In this document: piece by piece, positions 58,144 to 64,000 of the stretch | Layout: each line of letters begins with the position of its first letter | How positions within the stretch are numbered: position 1 is the stretch's first letter | Assembly: GCA_964384945.1 (NCBI GenBank) | Contig: CAYLMK010000012.1 | Location: 67,498-131,497 of the forward strand | Length of the DNA stretch: 64,000 nucleotides | DNA from: an uncultured Thermodesulfobacteriota bacterium | GTDB taxonomy: Bacteria; Desulfobacterota; DSWW01 | Reading direction: 5' to 3' | Position numbers and translations under genes: made by a program | Notes under the pieces: generated by a model | What the model was told of the DNA's origin: nothing | What the model saw: the letters and a program-made list of their open reading frames with translations, nothing else | Database searches by the model: none

Positions 58144-59175
58144 ATGCGGCCCGATATTCTTCCTCAGCTCGTGAACGGACCCGAAGGGGATCCGGCGGTC
58201 TACGCGAATTTCAAGTACGAGCGCAGGGCCGTTCTCTTCGATATGGGTGACCTTCACGCGATGAGCGCTCGCAGCCTTCTCAAGCTCACCCATGTCTTTG
58301 TCTCCCATACCCACGTGGACCACTTCATCGGGTTCGATCAAGTTCTCAGGCTTCACCTCGGCAGGGGCAAGAATCTGACCCTGTACGGGCCGCCGGGGTT
58401 TGCCGATCACGTAGAGGCCAAGCTTCGCGGGTACAGCTGGAACCTGGTGGAGGGCTACCCGCACGATTTTCGTCTGAGCGTTTTTGAGTTGGGGGAGGGG
58501 CCCCTGCAGGCGGCATCTTTTTCCTGCCGGGAGCGCTTCGCCCGAAGCCCTCTGCCTTCGCTCGAGCCCCTTTCCGGAAACGCGATCATCCTGGACGAGC
58601 CGGGCCTCCAGGTGAGGGCGGTTCTGCTCGAGCACGATATCCCCTGCCTGGCCTATGCCCTGGAGGAAAAGCAGCACATCAACGTGGACAAGGTGCGCCT
58701 CGAGGCCCTCGGCCTCCGTGTGGGGCCTTGGATTCGCCTCCTGAAGCAGGCGGTCCGGAACGGGGCCTCCGAACCGACACGCCTCCTCGTTTCGGCCTCC
58801 GGAGAGAACGGGACCGAGGCGAGGGAATTCCCCCTGGAGATGCTCCGCGAGGAGATCCTCCGGGTTTCTCGAGGCCAGAAGATCGCCTACGTCACGGATG
58901 CGGCGTTCACCGAGGAGAACGTGGAACGCATCGTGCGACTTGCCCGCGAAGCCGATATCTTCTTCTGCGAGACCGCCTTTTCCGAAGAGGACCGGGCCCG
59001 GGCGGACGATCGACGCCACCTGACGGCCCTTCAGGCCGGCAGGATCGCCAGGGAGGCTCAGGTCCGGCGCCTTGTCCCGTTCCATTTCTCTCCCAAGTAC
59101 CACGGGCGGCTCGAGGTCCTTTACGAAGAGGCGAGCCGGGGCTTCGGCGGACAGATCGAAGGCGCCTCCGGTTGA
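58144..59175 (+). CDS. MBL-fold metallo-hydrolase (RNase Z-like)
   Basis: HTHVDH motif (FVSHTHVDHFIGF) and C-terminal His ligands. Confidence 0.75.
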   Translation: MRPDILPQLVNGPEGDPAVYANFKYERRAVLFDMGDLHAMSARSLLKLTHVFVSHTHVDHFIGFDQVLRLHLGRGKNLTLYGPPGFADHVEAKLRGYSWNLVEGYPHDFRLSVFELGEGPLQAASFSCRERFARSPLPSLEPLSGNAIILDEPGLQVRAVLLEHDIPCLAYALEEKQHINVDKVRLEALGLRVGPWIRLLKQAVRNGASEPTRLLVSASGENGTEAREFPLEMLREEILRVSRGQKIAYVTDAAFTEENVERIVRLAREADIFFCETAFSEEDRARADDRRHLTALQAGRIAREAQVRRLVPFHFSPKYHGRLEVLYEEASRGFGGQIEGASG

Positions 59176-59275
59176 TGCCGGCCCGCCCGAGCCCTATAAT
59201 GAGAACGGTTTGCTTCGCCCTTGGAACGGTGGATGACGAAATCGGCTCGTGCGCGCCGACGGAGGAGAACGGGGG

Positions 59276-60247
59276 ATGCGGATTCTGTCCGGGATACAGC
59301 CTTCGGGGTCGTTTCACATCGGCAATTACTTTGCCATGATAAAGAAAATGATCGGGTACCAGCGGGACCATGAGCTTTTTGCCTTCATCGCGAACCTGCA
59401 CGCCATGACCTCCGTGCCGGACGGCCCGACCCTTGCGGACAATACCCGCGAGGCTGCCGCCGGTTTTCTGTCCCTCGGACTGGACCCGGACAAATCGTTC
59501 TTCTGGGTGCAGTCGGACGTCCCCGAAGTAACCGAGCTGACCTGGGTTCTCTCGAACCTGACCCCCATGGGACTGCTCGAGCGGTGCCATTCGTTCAAGG
59601 ACAAGGTCGCCAAGGGGATCGGCGCGAACCACGGCCTGTTCGCATACCCGGTCCTGATGGCGGCGGACATTCTGCTCTACCAGAGCGACCGGGTGCCGGT
59701 CGGCAAGGACCAGAAGCAACATCTGGAGGTGGCCCGCGACATTGCGCTCAAGTTCAACAACGACTTCGGCAAGACCTTCGTCGTGCCGGAGGCGGAGATC
59801 GATGAGGACGTCGCGGTCATCCCGGGCACGGACGGGCAGAAGATGAGCAAGTCCTACGGGAACACCATCGATGTCTTCTGCGACAAGAAGACCCTGAAGA
59901 AGCAGGTCATGGGCATCGTGACCGACTCGACCCCGGTGGAGGCCCCCAAGGACCCGGCCAAGTGCAACCTGTTTGCCATTGCTTCGCTCTTTCTGAACGA
60001 GGAGGAGCGCAGGGATCTGGCGCAAAGGTACCGCGCCGGAGGCCTGGGATACGGCGAGGTGAAGAAGGATCTCGTCGAGAGGGTCTGGGCGTTCTTTTCC
60101 CCCTACCGGGAGAGGAGGGAAGCCCTGCTTGCGGACAAAGACCGGCTTCGGGCCATTCTCAGGCAGGGCGCGGAAAAGGCCCGTGCCGTGGCGGACAGGA
60201 CGATCAGCGAGGTCCGGAGAAAGACGGGCCTCCGTTACTGGATGTAG
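59276..60247 (+). CDS. trpS: Tryptophan--tRNA ligase
   Basis: GGAGGAG RBS. ILSGIQPSGSFHIGNY (HIGH). KMSKS. Class I fold. Confidence 0.95.
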   Translation: MRILSGIQPSGSFHIGNYFAMIKKMIGYQRDHELFAFIANLHAMTSVPDGPTLADNTREAAAGFLSLGLDPDKSFFWVQSDVPEVTELTWVLSNLTPMGLLERCHSFKDKVAKGIGANHGLFAYPVLMAADILLYQSDRVPVGKDQKQHLEVARDIALKFNNDFGKTFVVPEAEIDEDVAVIPGTDGQKMSKSYGNTIDVFCDKKTLKKQVMGIVTDSTPVEAPKDPAKCNLFAIASLFLNEEERRDLAQRYRAGGLGYGEVKKDLVERVWAFFSPYRERREALLADKDRLRAILRQGAEKARAVADRTISEVRRKTGLRYWM

Positions 60248-60258
60248 GGAGCGATGCG

Positions 60259-60603
60259 ATGCCTCTTCATGAATTTGCCTGCCAGGGCTGCGGCCGGAAG
60301 AGCACGAGGCTCGTCCTCAGGAAGGGGGATGAAGAGGCCCTCCGGTGCGAGCACTGCGGGTCGGAGCGTCTCAAAAGACTCATCTCCCGGGTCGCCGTCC
60401 ACAGGAGCGAGGCGGACCGGCTGGCGGCGCTGGACACGCGGAAGCAGCCGGACGAGAGCTTCTACCGGGACAACCGGAACATCGGGCTTCGGGCCAAGAA
60501 GCGGATGCAGGAACTCGGCGTGGACCTGGGAGACGCCTTTGAGGAGAAGCTCGAGAAGGCACGGACCACGACGAATATCGAGGACCTGACGAGCGGCACC
60601 TGA
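60259..60603 (+). CDS. FmdB-family zinc-ribbon protein
   Basis: MPLHEFACQGCGRK...CEHCGSERL (MPxYEYxCxxCG). Frame differs from the 111-aa ORF 60254..60589, which is rejected. Confidence 0.7.
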   Translation: MPLHEFACQGCGRKSTRLVLRKGDEEALRCEHCGSERLKRLISRVAVHRSEADRLAALDTRKQPDESFYRDNRNIGLRAKKRMQELGVDLGDAFEEKLEKARTTTNIEDLTSGT

Positions 60604-60676
60604 AACCGACCCGGCGGCCTCGCAGCGGCCGGCTCTCCGGAACGCCGGGGGACAGGGATCCGGATGCCCCTGCCGT

Positions 60677-62533
60677 TCAGTCTGGCGGATACAGGCTCTC
60701 GATCGTCTCTTTGTATTTCTCGCCGATCACCCGGCGTTTCTTCTTGAGCGTGGGCGTCAGCACGCCGTTCTGTTCGCCGAACTCCTCCGCGAGGACGGCG
60801 AAGCGCTTGATGGTCTCGTACCGGGCCAGCGTGCTGTTCACCTTGGCGATCCTCTCCTCCATGAGGGCGAGCACCTTCTCGTTCCGGACGAGATCTTCTC
60901 GTTTCTCCCAGCAGATGCCTTGTGCTCTTGCCCAGGCCTCCAGCCCCGGGAAGTTGGGGACCACCAGTGCGGTGAGATAGTTACGGTTGTCGCCGACCAC
61001 GCAGACCTGTTCGATGTAGGGATCCGTGTTGAAGGCGTTTTCGATCGGCTGGGGGGCGATGTTCTTGCCGCCGCTCGTGATGATCATCTCCTTCTTCCGG
61101 TCCGTGATGCGAAGGTAGCCCTCGGCGTCGATCTCGCCGATGTCGCCCGTCCGGAAGAAGCCGTCCTCGGTGAAGGCGTCCCGCGTGGCTTGCTCGTTGT
61201 TCCAATACCCCTTCATGACCTGGGGCCCCCGGATCAGGATCTCGCCGTCCGCGTCGATCCTGTGCTCGGTTCCCGGGATGGGTTTGCCGACCCACCCCAG
61301 CTTGTGGTCTTTGGGCGTGCAGGTATGCGTGACCGGGGATGTCTCGGTCAGACCGAAGCCCTGGTAGAGCCGGATGCCCATGGAGCCGAAGAAGACGATC
61401 AGGTCCGGGTTGATCGGCCCTCCGCCCGTGTGACAGATCCGCAGCCTTTCCAGGCCGGCCTGCTTCTTGATCTTCCGGAACAGCCGGTCGGCTGCGGCGG
61501 ATCGGAGACGCAGGCCGAGGGGAAGAGGTTTCGCCTCGAGTTCACGCAGAAAGCGCTCCTTTCCGACCGAAAGGGCCAGCGCGAAGAGTCTTTGCACGGC
61601 CGCGGGCTTCCGCGCCACGATGCCGTTGATCTGGACGTAGAGCTTTTCCCAGAGCCTCGGCACGCTGCTCATGACCGTGGGGTGGCAGTCGGCGAGGTTC
61701 TTCCGAAGTTCATCGATCTCGACCGTGTCGGCGACAAAGAGTTCGCCTGCCTGAAACCCGGAATTCAGCAGGTCCGAGGAGAAGCCGAACACGTGGCACA
61801 TGGGCAAGTGTCCGAACCAGATATCGCTCGGCGAATAGTCGAACGAAGACGATACGGATCGCTGGCTCACGAAGTTTGCGTGGGTCAGCATGACCCCTTT
61901 GGGCCTGCCGGTGGTGCCCGAGGTGTAGACAATCGCGGCAAGGTCATCCCCCTCCACCTCCCGGAGACGGGTCCGGATCTTCTCTTCTCTATCGGGTTCG
62001 GACCGGCCCATGTCCAGCAGGTCGTCAAACGAAAGGACACGCTCCGCATCGACCCTGACCGTGGGATCCATCACAAAGACCCATTCGAGTTCCTCGAGCC
62101 TGTCACGAACCCCCAAGACCTTTCTCAGGTGATCCTCGCCATGACAGAAGACGGCCCGGGCACCGGAGTCGTGGAGGATCCACCAGACATCCTCTTGCTT
62201 GCTTGAGGGGTAAATCGGAACCGCTGCCCCGCGGAGGAGCATGGCCGAGAAGGTCGCCATGATCCAGCGCGGCGTGTTGGGGCCGAATACGGCGATCCGG
62301 TCGAAGGCCTCGACGCCGAGGGCGTCCATGGCCTTGCCCAGACTCCGGATCTTTTCGTCCAGTTCTTCCCACGTCATCGAGTGCAGCGAGTCGGTTTTGT
62401 GGCCCTTGCGGTCGAACCTGGATCTCAGGTACACCTTGTCCCTGTACCGAACCGCCCGGTTGCGGCTCGTGGCCACGATCGTGGTTTCTTCGAGGAGGGG
62501 CCTGTCCTGCATACTCTTCCCCTGTTTCCCCAT
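60677..62533 (-). CDS. Long-chain fatty-acid--CoA ligase (AMP-dependent synthetase)
   Basis: AMP-binding IVYTSGTTGRPKGV. FadD-like length. N-terminal start uncertain (possibly internal M). Confidence 0.85.
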   Translation of the reverse strand: MGKQGKSMQDRPLLEETTIVATSRNRAVRYRDKVYLRSRFDRKGHKTDSLHSMTWEELDEKIRSLGKAMDALGVEAFDRIAVFGPNTPRWIMATFSAMLLRGAAVPIYPSSKQEDVWWILHDSGARAVFCHGEDHLRKVLGVRDRLEELEWVFVMDPTVRVDAERVLSFDDLLDMGRSEPDREEKIRTRLREVEGDDLAAIVYTSGTTGRPKGVMLTHANFVSQRSVSSSFDYSPSDIWFGHLPMCHVFGFSSDLLNSGFQAGELFVADTVEIDELRKNLADCHPTVMSSVPRLWEKLYVQINGIVARKPAAVQRLFALALSVGKERFLRELEAKPLPLGLRLRSAAADRLFRKIKKQAGLERLRICHTGGGPINPDLIVFFGSMGIRLYQGFGLTETSPVTHTCTPKDHKLGWVGKPIPGTEHRIDADGEILIRGPQVMKGYWNNEQATRDAFTEDGFFRTGDIGEIDAEGYLRITDRKKEMIITSGGKNIAPQPIENAFNTDPYIEQVCVVGDNRNYLTALVVPNFPGLEAWARAQGICWEKREDLVRNEKVLALMEERIAKVNSTLARYETIKRFAVLAEEFGEQNGVLTPTLKKKRRVIGEKYKETIESLYPPD

Positions 62534-62660
62534 TGTTGATAATAATAAAATACTTTAATTTATCGATATAATATATTGAAAATAAACATTTAATTTTCGA
62601 TAAAGAGAAGGAGGGGTCAACGCCGCACCCGTCTGCCGCAAAATCCCTCCTCGCAGACAG
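62534..62660. promoter_or_regulatory. AT-rich divergent regulatory region between fadD-like and flavodoxin-like genes
   Basis: About 90 bp at under 25% GC. Contains TATCGATA palindrome and TCGATAA repeat. Confidence 0.4.
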
Positions 62661-62895
62661 GCGTTTGAGGTCATGGAACTATAGCAAAACGCAAGGAAAC
62701 GCGCCAGACTCTCCGGGTGCTGGACCCCGTCGGCCCCGGACAGAATCCCTCGAACCTCTTGCCCTGCGCCGCAGCGGGTTCCGCAGAGCGACAAACTTCT
62801 CGATTCCTCGCAGTCGGTGTGTTATAAGGACGCGGAGGGAATCCCGGAGGCATGGGAGACCGGGTGGAATTGTGGAAACCGATCAGGGGGACCCG

Positions 62896-63378
62896 ATGCA
62901 CGTGCTGGTGCTTTACTATTCGCGTTCCGGAAACACGAAGAAGCTCGCCGAAGCGATCGCGCAAGGGGTGGGCGAGGTCAATGGTGTCGATTGTCTGCTG
63001 CGGTCCACGGCCGAGGTGACCCGGGAGGAGTTCGAGGAAAGCCGGGGCGTCATCGTAGGGTCTCCTGTCTACTTCGGGAGCATGGCCGCGCCCCTCAAAG
63101 ACCTTCTGGACCGGTTTGTGGGGAGCCGTAAGAAGATGGAGGGCAAGGTGGGTGCCGCCTTCGCGACTTCGGGAGATGCCAGCGGGGGCAAAGAAACGAC
63201 CATGCTCTCGATCCTCCAGGCCCTCCTGATCTACGGGATGATCGTCGTCGGGGACCCCCTAGATGCGACGGGGCATTATGGCACGGCCTGCGTGGGCGAG
63301 CCGGACGACAGGGCGGTGGAAAACGCGAAGAAGCTCGGCAGGCGGGTGGCGAAGCTGACGAAGATGCTCACTGCCTGA
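62896..63378 (+). CDS. Flavodoxin-like FMN reductase (WrbA/NAD(P)H:quinone oxidoreductase-type)
   Basis: MHVLVLYYSRSGNTKKLAE flavodoxin-like N-terminus. Confidence 0.75.
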   Translation: MHVLVLYYSRSGNTKKLAEAIAQGVGEVNGVDCLLRSTAEVTREEFEESRGVIVGSPVYFGSMAAPLKDLLDRFVGSRKKMEGKVGAAFATSGDASGGKETTMLSILQALLIYGMIVVGDPLDATGHYGTACVGEPDDRAVENAKKLGRRVAKLTKMLTA

Positions 63379-64000
63379 GCGGTGTCTCTTCCCCACGCTC
63401 TTGCTCGATCAGGCGTTTGAGCAGGCGGGTTTCCGTGTCCCTTTCGACCTGATACCGCAGAAAGGCCTCGTGCTGGTCCTCCTCCAGGACGGCCTTCATC
63501 TTCTCCGCGGTCTCCTTGTTAAGGGCCTTTCGGCTTTCCAGGTGCATCTCGAGCCTTTCCGCAGGAGAGGCATCCCGTCCCGAGGCCGGGACGGCGGAGC
63601 TTTTCGCCAGTTTTTCCCCCTGTTCGCTCAGGATCTCTCGAACCGAATCCTCCTGCTCCTGGGTGAGCTTGAGCCGCCAGTTCAGTTCGAAGACCTCCCT
63701 TTCCAAGGCCGGCGAGCCGGCGAGGGCATTCTTCTTTTCCACGTACGCCTGGTACCGCTGGTATTGGCCGGGATCGAGGATGGAGCGGAGTGCTTCCTCA
63801 AGGGGAGGGTCGGGTTCCGTCCCGCCCGGTTCCGGTCCTGATGAGGCCCCCGGCATTCCGGGGGGCAGACTGCGCTTTCGTTTCTCGATCTCCTTCTGCA
63901 CCGCCTCGAGTTGCTCATCCGTGAGATCCAGCACGTCCGCCAGCTCCCCTGCCTCCCTTGTGACCTGCGCCTGCATGAGGTCCTGGATGACGGGCTGGCT
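63368..64000 (-). CDS. Periplasmic LTXXQ-motif (Spy/CpxP-like) protein, 5'-partial (frame open to window end)
   Basis: LTDEQLEAVQKE and LTQEQEDSVREIL motifs. Frame continues beyond 64000. Confidence 0.55.
   Translation of the reverse strand, partial: SQPVIQDLMQAQVTREAGELADVLDLTDEQLEAVQKEIEKRKRSLPPGMPGASSGPEPGGTEPDPPLEEALRSILDPGQYQRYQAYVEKKNALAGSPALEREVFELNWRLKLTQEQEDSVREILSEQGEKLAKSSAVPASGRDASPAERLEMHLESRKALNKETAEKMKAVLEEDQHEAFLRYQVERDTETRLLKRLIEQERGEETPLRQ

Noticed and set aside
60254-60589. 111-aa ORF downstream of trpS
   Set aside because: Arg/Gly-rich alternative frame. The overlapping frame starting at 60259 encodes a clear FmdB-type zinc-ribbon protein.
1-64000. Scan for CRISPR arrays, rRNA, integrases or transposases
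   Set aside because: No short regularly spaced direct repeats, no rRNA-like conserved segments, and no recombinase or transposase-like translations were found. The only long repeat is the 273-bp pair at 54993/55838.

Overview
High-GC (~65%) bacterial chromosomal window, most consistent with an anaerobic deltaproteobacterium-type genome. Genes are densely packed, with many ATGA/TTGA overlaps between adjacent coding regions. ORF-track coordinates include the stop codon.

Ordinary content:
- nifU-nifS, followed by a selenocysteine-containing selD (selenophosphate synthetase) with an in-frame UGA at the active-site position.
- A multi-PAS hybrid histidine kinase plus a stand-alone PAS protein.
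- An uncharacterised four-gene cluster: UroD/MtaA-like, ACC-deaminase/D-cysteine-desulfhydrase-like, M24 peptidase, cysteine-synthase-like.
- An ExeA-like AAA+/TPR ATPase with a separately encoded LysM partner.
- etfBA, an acyl-CoA dehydrogenase, a TetR regulator and an enoyl-CoA hydratase.
- D-aminoacylase, lepA-hemW, cspA.
- A CobB-type sirtuin translationally coupled to a methyltransferase, next to an HD-domain protein.
- Tungsten-type aldehyde:ferredoxin oxidoreductase with a DUF362/Fe-S protein.
- pgi, trpS, fadD and others.

Most unusual locus (54.3-56.1 kb):
- A low-GC islet with an AT-rich promoter and a small metzincin (HExxHxxGxxH) lipoprotein.
- A hicA/hicB toxin-antitoxin pair flanked by a 273-bp near-perfect direct repeat, which is the duplicated 3' end of the neighbouring BKACE-family gene.
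- That gene carries an in-frame TAG, present in both repeat copies, followed by a conserved in-frame C-terminal tail.

Other points of interest:
- An SPFH-SHOCT plus triple zinc-ribbon gene pair.
- A leaderless ribbon-helix-helix/zinc-ribbon gene overlapping a lipase gene.
- Disulfide-rich secreted proteins.
- Three conspicuous AT-rich intergenic patches.

No rRNA, tRNA, CRISPR array, integrase or transposase was recognised.
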